Source: Octopus vulgaris
Taxonomy: Eukaryota
Direction: 5' to 3'
Assembly: GCA_951406725.2 (NCBI GenBank)
Contig: OX597822.1
Span: forward strand, 61,256,001 to 61,320,000
Length of the DNA stretch: 64,000 nucleotides
Shown: positions 39,445 through 53,739 of the stretch, one piece after another
Layout of the letters: each line of letters starts with the position of its first letter
Position numbering within the stretch: the first letter of the stretch is position 1
Translations under genes and position numbers: made by a program
Notes under the pieces: generated by a model
Told to the model about the DNA's origin: nothing
Seen by the model: the letters and a program-made list of their open reading frames with translations, nothing else
Databases searched by the model: none

Positions 39445-39799
39445 GAAGAAAGAAGAGAGATAGGGAGAGGAGGAGAGTGTGAAAGAGGAGAAAATGGAAA
39501 GGGAGATGGTGAGGGTGAAGAGAAATTGAAGAGTTACCGCTGGAGTGGAATGGTTGAGAGTAATAAAATGGACGTAATCATAATCTGTGGCCTTATCGGT
39601 TTGAAACACCAGGATATGTTTTAGCACTTGGTATGTATGACTGCATGGTGGTGAAGATGGCCGAATGATAAGGGATAGTTTTATAGGAGATTTACCAAGG
39701 AAATACAATATGGATTTAGATACAAAGTACTTTGTATGTAATTTGTCCGTCGATGCGACGAAGACCATCAAGTCATCCTGGGGTGGGGGTGGGCTTGTT

Positions 39800-40112
39800 T
39801 TGTGAATTCGCAGATGGCTAGTGAGGCCAATCTGCGCCCGAAAGAGTCTTTGACAGTGTGGACAGGGAATGGTAGCGCCTGCTACAGGGTTGTTAGCTCT
39901 GTTCTTCCTGGCTTGTCTGCGGTTTTCTGCAGCAGCGATCCTATTGGTCTCGCATGTGTTGGCACCCTTGTGGACAGCTGATCGTCACCCTTCTCTGTCT
40001 AAAGCAGACTGCTCCCAAGTGTCATGGTCGATGTTGAAGGTTTTCTGTGAGGCTTTCAGTGTGTCCTTAAATCGCTTCTTCTGGCCGCCTTGTGAGCGCT
40101 TTGCCTTTTGCA
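39800..40112 (-). mobile_element. RTE (BovB-like) LINE 3' end
   Basis: KRSQGGQKKRFKDTLKAS...TWEQSALDR...CPHCQRLFRAQIGLTSHLRIH. Confidence 0.85.
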
Positions 40113-40949
40113 GATACAAAGTAGAGAGAAAATGTAGACGCTTTCTTCGCACTAGATATTTTATCGATGTTTATTTGTCGAATGGCTATGTAAAAGAAAA
40201 CAATACAAGAAAAAGTAGTCTCAGATACAAATCATGAAAATGCCCAAGAAATAAAGAACTATAAAAACTACCTTCTTTAAAATAGTAATTTCTTACAAAA
40301 GGGAGTTAAAAACAATAGAATCCTTCAAAAAATATTTGGAAGCAAAACAACGAATTTAAATGAGGTAAGCAAAGGAATTTACAATGAACTCAAGCAGAAA
40401 TCAACGCAAAGTCATGAGCAGGTGGGCTATAAAACGGAATATCTACGTCAACCTTAGATATGCCACGAAGAACATAGAAAACCACTTTGAAAGCTCACCC
40501 AAAGGTTTACTCATCAATTCTTCCCCCAAAATAAGCTCTACACGTAACTAGTATGACATCTTCTATGAGTGAAAATCCACAAATAAATTCATGGGGCCAA
40601 TAATTGGTAGTTCACTCGTCATATTCTCGTAGACACAGCTAGTGAACTACCGTCAACTCAGAAAACGAGAAAGCCTAAAGATATCAAGACCTGGCATTTA
40701 AAGTGCAGCGTTTTCATAGATCTTCAAGTGTAGCGTGTTATCTATCGCAATTGGTGCAATCGGAACCATCTCAAAGACCACACACAAAAAAAACCCCGCA
40801 TGAGAAGTTGGAACTATTAGACACCACTGGAAGTACATAGCGACCGTACTCAGATTTGCGCTTGTGTTGAGGAAAACGCTACATTTCTAAGTTGCGGAGA
40901 AAGAACTGAAGCATGACAACCCAGAACGTAAAAACTGGAGAGAATCGTG

Positions 40950-41020
<71 letters not shown>

Positions 41021-41044
41021 TATTATTATTATTATAATAATAAG

Positions 41045-41520
41045 GCACACGCCAGAAAAGGTCACAAAAATGAGAAAGCAACCATATATGGGATATGCCA
41101 ATACACACAGATAGAGAAATTAAGGCCAATAGGACGGATATAGTTGTCAAAGATCATCAAGAAAATAATGCTTTCTGTTTGATGTATCAATACCCACAGA
41201 TGACAATGGTTCTCTGAAAGAAACGGAGAAACTTTCAAATTACAAATACCTCGAATATGGAGTCTAAAAACAGAAACAATTCCTATCATAGTAGGCGCAT
41301 TAGGTATGATAAAAAAATATTCAAATACATAACCAAAACACCAGAACTAATAAGTACAAATAACATACAGAAAATAGCACTACTAGGCACCGCATACACC
41401 TATGTAAAACACTTTCAATATAGTAATAACAAGAGCATCGCAACAAACCACAGTACATACCTAAAGCAGACAGAGCTGCGCTCGGTAGTGCAGTGAAAGC
41501 ACGTGATAAACATAAGACTA

Positions 41521-41525
<5 letters not shown>
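41045..41525 (+). mobile_element. R4/Dong-clade RLE 3' fragment between (AAT)n tracts
   Basis: Frameshifted THTDREI.ANR.DIVVKDH, ETIPIIVGALG, IQKIALLGTA. Confidence 0.75.
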
Positions 41526-41579
<54 letters not shown>

Positions 41580-41596
41580 TGATGATGATGATGATA

Positions 41597-42140
41597 AATG
41601 CCCTAATACAGTACCAAACAGTGGCTCTCGTGGCTTCTGATCTTAACCGAATGGAAGTGTTATCATGTACATTGTTTTGTTTTGGTATAAAAGATGGGCT
41701 ACAGCAAATATTCTGATCCATACCACCAATTTGCTCGTCAGTTGCTTGACCTTAACCAGTTGAGCATGTCCCTTAGTGGCGACGATATGTGCCTCTCTGA
41801 TCACGAGCAGAAGTAGTGGAGGAGCATCATAGGAATTCTTTGGGATTTGAATAATTCGCCTCTATAAACATAGGTATTTTGTTCATCATCCTTAAACAAA
41901 CCTTATTCAGGGACTTTTTGAGCAGGATGGGCTACTCAACATGAAGAAAATTCTAACTGGGCCCACTTGCGAGGTCATATGCTGTTTATCTTGATATGAG
42001 ATCACCACGTCGCGCACATATGGTTGTGATGCATGTGCCTAGTGTACCCTTATCAGACGGGTAGTCACGATGGGTATATTGAGCTTCGTATATTTTACTC
42101 CAGTGTCACTTTGATGGCACGCGCTGCTCTCTCACTCAAT
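41597..42140. mobile_element. Unclassified ~550-bp AAT-resident element (copy 3)
   Basis: Inverted homolog of 6308-6862. Confidence 0.75.
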
Positions 42141-42597
42141 AATAATAATAAGAATAATCCTTACTACTATAAGCAAAAGGCCTGAAATTTTGTGGGAAGG
42201 GACCCGTCGATTGGATCGACCCCAGTACGCAACTGGTACTTAATTTATCGACCCAAAAGGATGAAAGGCAAAGTCAACCCCGGCGGAATTTAAACTCAGA
42301 ACATAAAAAGCCGGAATTTGAACTCAGAACATTAAAAACCGGAAGAAATGCCATTAGGGTCTTTACGTTCTGAGTTCAAATTCCACTAAGTTAATAATGT
42401 TTTGTCCGATGAGCTAATAATGGTTTCCAACTTAGGTACAAAGCTAGACATTTTGAAGGACAGTATAATTTCTTATGGTGAAATTGCATTAAAGAGAGGT
42501 TGACAATCTTGATTTGGTCTGAGAATATTGGTTCACGTAAAATTGTTGCAACCAAACATTTCAGAAAATGTTCTTTCTAAGTTGGGCATAATAATTG

Positions 42598-42923
42598 CGG
42601 AGACCCGCTTCGGTCACGAATGACCATGGGATTGCACCTAGAAAGTTACCCTCCGAGGCACAAGTCCGGGCAAGGTTGTTTGTGGAAAACATGCATACCA
42701 GCTTCCCCTCTCCACATCACTGATGTTATCCAAGGGAAAGGCAAAGGGCGATACAGCTTGGCATCAGTGACGTCGCAACTCATTTCTACAGCTGAGTTAA
42801 CTGGAGCAACGTGAAATAAAGTGTTTTGCTCAAGAACACAACACGCAGCCCGGTCCGGGATTCGAACTCACAACTTCACGGTCGTAAGCTCGATGCTCTA
42901 ACCACTGAGCCATGCGCCTTCAC
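42598..42923 (-). mobile_element. tRNA-derived CORE-type SINE (family B)
   Basis: gtgaaggcgcatggctcagtggttagagcatcg...gagttcgaatccc head; homolog of 7822-8142. Confidence 0.8.
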
Positions 42924-43144
42924 TTGAGCATAAGAATAATAAACAAATGTAGAAACTAAAATGTCACATAGTCTATGATCTAATTCAAAAGATGTTGCTC
43001 TTACGCAAAATTTCAGCTACCTAGGTGAAAAACTCTTTCCTTCAAAAGTGAAGATACATACATACATACATGCATACATACATACATACATACATACATA
43101 CATACATACATACATACATACATACATACATACATGCATACATA

Positions 43145-43445
43145 CATAGAGGTCACAGAAGTCAGCTGTCCAACTGGTGTGAATATCTCTTTGAAATTCT
43201 ATGAGAACAAGGATAACTATGGACAATTGCTTTGGAACCTCCAGCTTCTATATCCAGATTACAAATCTACATTTATACTACTAATAACTGGAGTGCTTGG
43301 TTTTGTGAGTAAATGTCTAAGCGACAATCTGGATAAGCTAGGGTTTGCAGAAAAAGAAATTAACCAACTACCTCTCACATTACAACTACAGTCCGTGAGT
43401 GGAACAGTAAAAATGTGTAAGACTTTTCTCAAGTTTAAAACGTGA
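43145..43445 (+). mobile_element. RLE-type non-LTR retrotransposon 3' fragment
   Basis: IEVTEVSCPTGVNISLKFYENKDNYGQL...LLITGVLGFV resembles the RLE C-terminus. Confidence 0.6.
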
Positions 43446-43665
43446 CATTGTTTTTATCTACATTCTAACGATGGAGCTTTGTATCTTTGTTAGAAACCAG
43501 CTCCTTCCTTAGATGAAGAATTAAAAACAGTAGAGAATACACACACACACACATTGTGGACTCACCTTGTCGTAGACAATAGATGAATTTTAGCAATTTC
43601 TTACTGAACAACTTGTACAGGTGAGTTATTTATCGTGATTAAATGTTTGTGCTCATTCAATCATT

Positions 43666-44527
<862 letters not shown>

Positions 44528-44589
44528 AATTTCCTCTATTTACATAATATTGAGGTCTCTTTCTTTCTTTTGTTATCTTACCGTTTTAT

Positions 44590-44659
<70 letters not shown>

Positions 44660-44781
44660 AGATTAATCAGCCGAAATTGCGAGGATGATCTGGTTTTTGA
44701 CTGAGGATAAAAGGCTTCGAATGACCTGTCCTTGTTTTTTGTATCGTCTATCTGGATGTTTTGCGTTCTTGTCCCATTTTG

Positions 44782-44832
<51 letters not shown>

Positions 44833-44928
44833 ATCCAAATATGAAAACACAAAGAGAAAACACAACGCGAGGATGTGGAACAAGTATAATGTTATTGGAC
44901 GCTCAGGAAAGGAAAGAAAGAAGGAGGA

Positions 44929-44961
44929 TTTAACGTTTCGAGTGGAGCTCTTCGTCAGAAA
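44929..44961 (-). ncRNA. Minimal hammerhead ribozyme motif, intact core
   Basis: UUU-CUGACGA-A-GAG(CUCCA)CUC-GAAA-CG-UU-AAA, within a ~200-bp element next to (TA)n that is homologous to ~59330-59500. Confidence 0.7.
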
Positions 44962-45927
44962 CATAGGAAAAGGAAAGATCCAAGGAAGGGAACACGGAGA
45001 AAAAAAAATCGCCAACGGTACACACGCGGTCACACAAACACATTCACTTTAAGGTAATGATTTCATTTACAACAGACTGTAAATGTGAACAGGAAGGTGA
45101 GTAGTCCGTTGAAACTAATCTAATAGTTATTTACTGTGCAATACAAGTCTGTTAAGTCTGTCTTTATTGCATGGCTCGTACTTATCGTCTGCGGAATGAT
45201 GAAAGGACAATTCTGGTGAAGTTGAGGTTCGAACTTGGAATGTAGATGGAACATAACTAAACACCGTCAGCTGTTAAGAATTTTATCTTTAATGTTGTTG
45301 CTTCCCCACTGCCTTCAATAACAATGTTGATTTTTAACCCATGGACTCGATCAAAGAGTTAACGATGTTCCAGTCGAGACCATTCCGTTTTTTTCTCTCT
45401 CTTAGACATACTGTAAATCTAGGAAACATTATCTAATTTGTCCTTGCATACTTTTTTAAATGATGATACAATACGAATTGAGGGGTGTGATTTGGCAGCT
45501 ATTTCTAGTAGGTTCAGCAACCATATAGGGAATACTTAAAGATGGTAGTTGTGCTGGTGACTGGGTTAGTGATGGCGAAGACACTAGTGGCTGTAGTAGT
45601 GGGGTAGTCTTGATGGTGAAGGCGGTAGCAGTAGTAGTAGGGGGATTCTTTGTGTATTGGTGAAGGAGGAGGTGGTAGTAGTAGTGGTGAAGGCGGTGGT
45701 AGTGTTGGTAATATTTCTTAGCAAAAGGGCGTAGGTGAAGTTGACATAATGGTGGTGGTTGTTAGAATAGTTTTTTAAGAATTGTTAAATTGTGTGGAGG
45801 TTCGTTGTTGAGTGGTGCAGTGCTTTTGAGCGGTTGCTTACGACACCACACACACATTGAGTATATCCTGTTAATTATTTGAAGAGAAGGAAATATTCAC
45901 TTACAGTTGACCATGGTACTATAAAGT

Positions 45928-45982
<55 letters not shown>

Positions 45983-46605
45983 CAGCAACCTTTGTATTGA
46001 CAAGTAGACAAGTGAAGCAGACACAGACGGATGGTTGAATGAAGATATTGAAATAAAGATAGATATATGGAAAGTCTGATAAATATATTGAAAGGTATGA
46101 CGAACGGAATATCCAGAATAACCATCGTTTTTGTATTGTAGCACAGCAATTACTCAACGTCATCGACAGACCAAACAAGAGCAAGCATTTTGCTTTGTGT
46201 TTAAACAACAATAACAAAACACACCAGCCGAAAGGAATTCTTGAGAAACACTTAACAACAAAAACAGCCAATCATTTTATGATATAAAGAACTACTTAAA
46301 GCTTTAAAAACAACATCAAACAAGCAAAAACAAAACCCCAAAGAAACAGAAGTGAAACGAAGTTCACTTATTTTTTTTTTATCATTACAAAGAAGGCAGC
46401 GAAAATTTAAGCTCTGAATGAACAAAGAAAATATATTGTTCATTTATCAAAACTAGTTTTATAATTTAAAAAAAATTTAATATTATTTTTAACAGTACAG
46501 ATGTTTTCGTTCTAATATTTTGTTCAAATCATTCGCGGTGACAGAAGGAAAATTCTAACAAAAGAGTAATTCAAGCAAAACAGGAGTATCTAATATTTAT
46601 TCAAT

Positions 46606-47469
46606 ATGGTGGAAGAAAGCACTCTCTTCTTGGTTTTAATTGCATTTGCAATCGGCTACATGTTTTTCGGAACACTAGACTGTGTTTTATCTCTGGCGGT
46701 TCTTTGTCGCAAAGGCACAAAACTGTTAATGATGCGGGAGTACCTTATTGTTTTGAGTATATTCGACCTCGGCGTTCTCTATTCTGGTCTGTTGCCAAAC
46801 ATAATGGAAGCTTACGGTATAATTGGTGACTATAGCAGCGATAAACAGTGTAAGTTGACTCAGTTTTTTATATTTTTCTTTCTGGAAGGATCATCATGGA
46901 TGTCTGTCATTATCACAATCGAGAGAATGGTTTTCGTGCTTTTCCCTTATCTGGACCGTTCAAAGCGCTGCCAGGCAACTTCGCTGGTCGTTCTTGTTAC
47001 ATTGCTGATTATAATCAATGCGCCGATGAGTTTACTGTGGAAACTGGAGGGCAGTATTTGCGACGGTCCTAGCATCCTAAAGAACTCCTACTTCATCAAA
47101 TACAGCATAATTCCCAGTGCTATTTTGATTCTGAGCAATATTGTCATCACCTACAAACTCTGCACACAATCAGCTCCTGCACGCGGTTCTCCCAATTTGC
47201 AACCAGTTCTATTGGTTTTCGCGATAAGTGGCTTTTTTCTGATGACCACATTTCCAGCATCCATCATCTTAAACCGCACCGAACATCCTGATTCTATTAT
47301 TTTCCTCTTTGTCAGATTACTACTTTATACCAACAACACATTCAACTTTATATTGTACATATTGGTTAGCAAAATATTTCGCGAAGAACTGTTGCTCATG
47401 CTAAAATGGAAGCGACCAAATGAAACACGACTAACACAACTCCGGGTCGTATCCAATACACCGATGTGA
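46606..47469 (+). CDS. Intronless class A (rhodopsin-like) GPCR, FMRFamide-receptor-like / candidate chemosensory type, 287 aa
   Basis: Seven hydrophobic segments; TM2 YLIVLSIFD, TM3 CK...TIERMVFVLFP, ECL2 Cys, TM5 YSIIP, TM6 FFLMTTFP, TM7 NNTFNFILY, helix 8 FREEL. ATG start, TGA stop, AATAAA downstream (~47594, ~47704). Confidence 0.9.
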   Translation: MVEESTLFLVLIAFAIGYMFFGTLDCVLSLAVLCRKGTKLLMMREYLIVLSIFDLGVLYSGLLPNIMEAYGIIGDYSSDKQCKLTQFFIFFFLEGSSWMSVIITIERMVFVLFPYLDRSKRCQATSLVVLVTLLIIINAPMSLLWKLEGSICDGPSILKNSYFIKYSIIPSAILILSNIVITYKLCTQSAPARGSPNLQPVLLVFAISGFFLMTTFPASIILNRTEHPDSIIFLFVRLLLYTNNTFNFILYILVSKIFREELLLMLKWKRPNETRLTQLRVVSNTPM

Positions 47470-47777
47470 TTGAATTTTTCTTCTTTTTTTCCCTCGTTCA
47501 TTCCATTTTTTTTCGTATTGTTTTGTTAGTTCAGATGTTAGAGAACTCAAAACAAGATTCGGATATGGACACATCCTTGAAAATTATCTCAATAATAAAG
47601 AACAACAAATTAAAAAAACAAAACATCTGCAACAAGCAATGGCATCATCATCATCTCTGATATCATAAAAGTGACAAAGAACAACATTGAAATCAGTTTC
47701 AGAAATAAAACGAAGTGATTAAATTTTTTTCCTTTTATATTTTATTTACTTTTCCCTTTAATAGTTAACTTCTAAAG

Positions 47778-47975
47778 AGCGGCGAGCTGACAGAAGCGTT
47801 AGCTCGCCTTACAAAATGGTTGGCGGCATTTCGACTGTCTTTGTGTTCTGAGTTCAAATTCCGCCGGGGTCGACTTTGCCTTTAATTCTTTCGATAAAAT
47901 ATGTACCGGTTGAACATTGGGACTGATATAATTGACCTATCTTTCTCCCAAATCTGCTGGCCTTGTGCCAACATT
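47778..47975 (+). mobile_element. Meta/MESC-type SINE
   Basis: gcggcgagctgacagaagcgttagc...gagttcaaattccgccggggtcgactttgcc. Confidence 0.75.
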
Positions 47976-49955
47976 TAAAACTTCTTGTTTTGCAGGATTT
48001 AGTTTTTTTTTAATGTTTTGGTGAATTTACTTTCCATCCTTCCAGGGTCAACAAAAACAAGTACCAGGTATGTTCTGGACTCTGTTCAATTGGCTATATA
48101 CTCCGTCGTAATCATCAGCATCTTATAAGCACTTAGTACTTTTTAATTGCCCCTACTCAATAAAGACATAGTATTTTTAGGTTGGTATCTGTTCGGGTTT
48201 TATTAGTCCATTCGGAAAAAGTTACACCACAGTATCCTCTTTCCAGGTGGTTTAGACAAAGTTTTGAACATAAGACGCATATAATCGGATTATACATCAC
48301 TAGGCATTCTGTCCGATGCTCTGACAATTGTATAAATCCATCGCTAAAGACAGGAATTATATATACTGGACCCAAAAGGGCGAAAACCAGAGTTGATCCC
48401 GGCGAGATTTGACCTCAAGTCGGAGAGATCCAGAGAAATACCCACAAGGCATTCAGCCCCATGCTGTAACGACTCTGTCAATTTACTCCCCTCCCCCACC
48501 CAATTAAAATTTTTTATGGCGTTTTATTCTTGGAAACAAAATTATATTTATTTGTTGCATCTAGGATTACCTACTAGAAAAAGCAAACAATTCTTCCTAT
48601 TGCATCCAACTGAATTACAGTTCACTTCATACTCTAAATAAGGCGCTATAGTCAAATCACAATCACTATAGGTCTGTTCGACCAGGGTTGATTTTGGGAC
48701 AAACAATAACCTAAGCACTAAACTCAGTAAATACACAAATCAGTCGCAGTTCTTAGTTCTTAGTCTATTTTTTTTGTACCGTAATTGTTGCTTAGGAAAA
48801 AGTTAAAAAAATGTCACGCAGTCACGTCCTCTAAAAATTTCTGGCCTTGTACCCAACTTTGCGACCTGATCTTACTGCCTATCACTTACACCATAGATAT
48901 TAGTTTTGTGTTTATTGAAAAAGGAAAGAAGTTATCGTTGGCAGCTACAACTACTTTGCTAAACCGACTGATCCCTGAAATACGTATATTTTCAATATCT
49001 GGTTGTATGTTCTCGTTTTCCAAAGACGGTTGTAGTGGAAGGACAAAAAACGAAACCAACTTCAGCAAGATTTTGATCTTAGAACTGGGACTGGAACTAT
49101 TTGCCTCGTTAATAGGTTCTTCACACCTGTTATAATGATTTCTAAATTTAGACACAAGACTATACATATCGGGGACGGGGTGAAACCGATTTATACCACG
49201 ACTTCGGAATAGAATGGGTATTTTATTTTATCGATCTCAATTTACGCTATTTCACAGTTTATAGCATTACTGTGTAATAAAAATGTCATTACACGAAAAT
49301 AACATGAGCCATTTTGTATGTGATAAAGAGGTTTGCCCAGCTGCCACATATTTCTGGTCACCATAACACAGCGAGATACCTTCGGCAAATGTTTTAAACC
49401 GTGGCTTCAAGTTGTTCGAAATTTATGAGTAAAACTTGGTAGATGAAAATTGTGCGGAAAACTATCGTGTGTGTGATCACGTGCATATTGGTGAAGGATA
49501 TATGTATACATTGGTAAGGAAATTTCTGATAAACAGTTGTGTCGGAAAAAAACAAAACAAAATGCTTTCTCGTATTTATACTGCCCACGTTGACCAGTCA
49601 TATCTTTGTCATTCTCGCCATCGAAATGTAGTGAATGAGAAATGGATTCGTTGGAAACCTATAACAAAAAACAACGTTATTGTTGGCAAAATACACGACA
49701 AAGAATAAATAAAGTAAAGACTACAGTGTCGTCTGTATTTGAACTGCCAACGCTAACTTCATATTAATGACACACATATACAGGTCAAGAATAGATAACC
49801 ACGTCACAAGTTTCTCATTTAAGTGCCTAAGACTAAGACAGGAAGAATTCTTTCTTTCTTTCTTTCTTTCTTTCTTTTGTGTGTCTATGTGTGTGTGTTT
49901 CGCTTCTAAAGATGACTCCTTATCTATTTGTAGAAAGAAATAAAAACTTTAGTTT

Positions 49956-50200
49956 TCACTGATTTTTCAAAACAGGAAGTGACCTCTGAGCAATCTTAAA
50001 TTCCACTTGCTTCGAAGTTAAGAACTGAAGTTGATCTTGAAACACGTATATCTTGAATGCGTAAATTGCTTTTGACATCCACCTAGCATGACTTACAGCA
50101 CCTGGTGTACGAAACGATATTCCGTTCTTCAGAGTGCTACCAAGAAAGATCGTCGTTAACTCCAACAATTCTCGGTAAAATCATTTCGCTGTTGTTTCTG
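49956..50200 (-). mobile_element. Probable DNA-transposase relic of uncertain superfamily
   Basis: FRTPGAVSHARWMSKAIYAFKIYVF resembles the PGA.H.ARWM.K.IY.LKI motif of invertebrate transposon-derived proteins. Confidence 0.5.
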
Positions 50201-50209
50201 CGTAGAAAG

Positions 50210-50662
50210 GTGGTATTCCAAATGCTCGTCCACCCTACCCATACCAATCTCTCCATCCCCGTCTACGCAGGCTCTGCAGTGACAACCATGACTTTGAGAC
50301 TCAGTCTCAACTCATGGCTCACCACTTCATTCTTCGTGAATATCCCCTCACCACTATCCACACCACCATTGCCAGAGCACATTCCGTGGACCGTGCCTCT
50401 GCTCTGTATCCTCGCAACATCATTTACTGCATTTTCTGCTCCTTCTCTGTACATCGGTCAAACGGGACGCCGATTGACTGACCGGTTTGCGGAGCACTTG
50501 CGAGACATTAGACTCGGCAATGACACTCCGGTCTCGCGCCATTTCCGCTCTATCGGTCAATCATTACGACACCTGTCTGTGTTCAAAATGTCTTTGTACG
50601 GGGGCTATCCGGACTCCCACCTTCGCCGTGAAAAAGAATTAATCCTCTCTCTTCGCTCCTGA
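50210..50662 (+). mobile_element. Penelope-like GIY-YIG endonuclease fragment
   Basis: LYIGQTGRRLTDRFAEHLRDIRLGNDTPVSRHF...LRREKELILSL. Confidence 0.85.
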
Positions 50663-50665
50663 ATC

Positions 50666-51941
50666 TTATTCGCAGATTTTTGCCCTTTTCCTCACGTTTT
50701 CCTCACTTTCATCTACAAGAGTTTTCGATAAAATCCTGTTCAATAAGATCTGTTTCATCCTCACTTTCAGAGTGTTTCTGAAACGAGTTAGGCAAGTATC
50801 ATTAAATAGCACCGTCGCACGCCCAATTGCAACTTTTTCTGGGTGTTTCTTCTGAATAGAGCCTGAAACTTTCTCCCACATTCCCAACATTTCCTTTACC
50901 GCACTGGTAGAGATAACCTCCTCCGTCTCCTCCGCTTCACCTATTTCCTGCAAAACCTCCGTGTGCTGCTGCGTCTGTATCTCCTTTAGCTCTGCCGTTG
51001 TCGGTTACTTGGAATGCTCCTCGATGAGCTCATTCATGTCACCTTCATCCACGTCCAGGCCCACGGACTTGCCGAGGAATACAAAATCCTCCACCACTTC
51101 CACTTCGGGTTCGAGTCTTTCAAAGTTCGTTTCAGACACAACCTCAAGCCACAGCTTCTTCCACTGAGAGGTCAAGATCCTCTTTGTACACCCTGCCAGG
51201 CCATATCGATAATTCTGAGGCATACCACGATGTTATAGTCGTCTTTCCAGAACTCTATAAGTGTGAGGTTAGTGCTCCCCGTCACCTCAGAGCAGTGGCG
51301 GAGCAGGTGCTTGGTGAAGAGCTTATTGAAATTAGAAATCTCCTGCTGGTCCATGGGCTGCAGGATAGGGGTGTTGTTGGGTGGATGGTAGAGAACCTTT
51401 ATAAACTTGAATCCTTCGAGGATGTCATCTTCGAGGTTTCGGTGGATTAGTAGGTGTATTGTCCAGGACGTGAAGGGCTTGCAGGGATAAGTTATTTTCC
51501 TGGAGATATTTCTTAACGCCAAGACCAAAGACCAAATTCACCCACCACACCAAGAACTACTTGGTGACCCAAACCCTTGGATTTGCCCTCCACATAACCT
51601 GCAGCTTTTCTTTCGGAATCTTATGTGACTTAAAGGCTCTGGGGTTTTCCGAACGATAAACGAGCAGCGGCTTAATCTTGCAGATGCCACTCGCATTGAT
51701 GCGCAGTGCAAGGGTTAGCCTTTCATGGGGTTGTGGCCTAGTATCCTCTTCTCCTCTGCCGTTATATAAATCCTCCTTGGCATCTTCCAAAAACTTCCTT
51801 TCTCATCACAATTGAAGACTTGCTGGGGATGTATCCTTAGGTTGCTATAATTCCGGCAAAAGTTTTAAGGTAATCCTCAGCTGCCTTCATATCCGCTCTC
51901 GCTGCATCACCATGCCTGACAAGGGGGTGAATGCCGGCCCT

Positions 51942-51945
<4 letters not shown>
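50666..51945 (-). pseudogene. Tigger/pogo DDE transposase relic, frameshifted
   Basis: KRAGIH..VRHGDAARAD, RLTLALRINASG..KIKPLLVYRSENPRAFK, WRANPRVWVT, PPNNTPILQPMDQQEISNF. Confidence 0.9.
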
Positions 51946-52004
<59 letters not shown>

Positions 52005-52013
<9 letters not shown>

Positions 52014-53739
52014 GCAAATTGTCTGTTTGGATGTTTGTTTGTAATAAGTTGCCATCTACACCCACCAACGAATTTTCGTGAAACTTAGCAAAAATGTTCA
52101 AGTAACATCCAGTTTGTTACTAGGCTCATTGAAATTCAATAAAAATCAATAATTGGATGGCTAGGAAAATAACCAGGCTCATGAGAGGTGCCACAGTCTT
52201 GCTTGCAGAAGACTTAGACAAATCGTTTCCATGGTTCCAAAGGGGACAAGAGCTGATAAGGTGAATGCGAGCATAAAGTCGTCCTACCAATAGAGCAGTG
52301 TGCAAAAGCTGAGGTTCACAACCAGCATCAGACTGCAGCTCAGTGGTGATGATGCAGACAGAACCTTTTCAAAGCAACTATTGGACGTCGGTAATGGAAC
52401 TTCGTTTGGCGACAAGGATGGCTGGGTAAGCTTGCCTTTTCGACATATGGTAGCTGATTTAAAGGAACTGATGAATAAGGTGTTTCCTAACCTGAGAAAT
52501 CAGGTTACAGACCTCAACTGGCTAAAAACCTGTGTCATTTTAGCTCCTAAAGAATATGGAAGTTGATGATTTGAAAATCAAACTTCTGGAACAGTTGCCA
52601 GGTGAGCGTCACATCTACAATTCCATTGACACTGTACTCAACATCGATAAAGCTGTGAATTATCCAGTTGAATTCTTGAATAGTCACACTACCCGGCCTC
52701 CCACCTCACAACTTGCACCTCAAGATTGGGGCACAGCTATGCTGCTTCGAAACTTCGATCCACCAAAGCTTTGCAGTGGCACACGATTTATAATAAAGAT
52801 GATGCTAACAGTTTTGGAGATGACAATTTTGACTGATAAAGCAAGCCTGTATTAATTCCTAAAATTCCACTTACTCCCTCGGATATGCCTTTCCAGTACA
52901 AGCGCCTGCAATTCTCGTTGAAACTGAGCTTTGCAACGAGCATTAACAAGGCCCAGGGGTAGTCCTTGGATGTGGTAGGTCTGAACCTCGCGGAACCAGA
53001 TTTCTCCCATGGCCAACGTTATGTGGGATGCTCAAGAGTCGGCAATCCTAATCATTTGTTTATTTATGCCCCACAAGGAAAGATAAAAACTGTTGTTTAT
53101 CAAGAAGCTCTGCAAATTTAATAAGGTTCGCCAAATCATCAGGTATTTATTATTTAATTGTAATATTTGTAAGTGTTGTAAATGCATTGATAATCTATAT
53201 GTTATTTTATTTTTAAAACTATATGCAAATTTATTTGTATGTCTACTGTAAAACTGAATGGTAGTCTGTTTCTACATTCATTGTAAATCTATTTCAACGC
53301 TAACGCCCCTAAGGAAATGCAAAAAAGCCCTTTTCAGAGTTATTTACTTTGAATTGTTATTATCTTATATCCGATTAGCTTGTTATTACGTAACATGCTT
53401 CACGATTTTGGTATACATACCTTATTGGTATTTCCTCCTAAGTTCTACGTACTCTGGGAACGCTTAAATCCCTTTCCGGGGCTACTTTATTTGAATTCTT
53501 ACTATCAGGTAACTAATTTCATATTATTACGTAACTGACTTCACGATTTGGGTATTCATAACTTACTGGGATTTCCTAAAATCAAGATCCTATGTAAGAC
53601 AGTTTGGTATTCTCTGTAAATGCACAAAAAACCGTTTTAAGAGCTACATACTTTGTATCGTTGTTATTGGATTAGCGAAACAATTATGAGAACAGGGATA
53701 AGCCCCTCTTTTCCGGGAATTACCGGGTATGTCAGCTAG
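52005..53739 (+). mobile_element. Internally deleted Helitron with PIF1-like helicase C-terminal relic (~52300-53120)
   Basis: FSKQLLDVGNG, YPVEFLNS, MLLRNFDPPKLCSGTR, KRLQF.LKLSFATSINKAQG, FSHGQ.YVGCSRV; 3' hairpin ccgggaattaccggg then CTAG|T. Confidence 0.9.

Noticed and set aside
38890-39790. Possible retroelement 5' coding relic on the minus strand
   Set aside because: No diagnostic motif could be recognised with confidence.
7822-42923. tRNA-like sequences (near 8140, 10341, 24301, 28923, 30945, 42923) as tRNA genes
   Set aside because: They lack complete cloverleafs and run into SINE bodies, so they are treated as SINE heads.
48785-49167. Overlapping ORFs on both strands with DGCSGRTKN resembling a transposase DGCxGQNKN motif
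   Set aside because: Single weak motif with no supporting context or termini; cannot be called.
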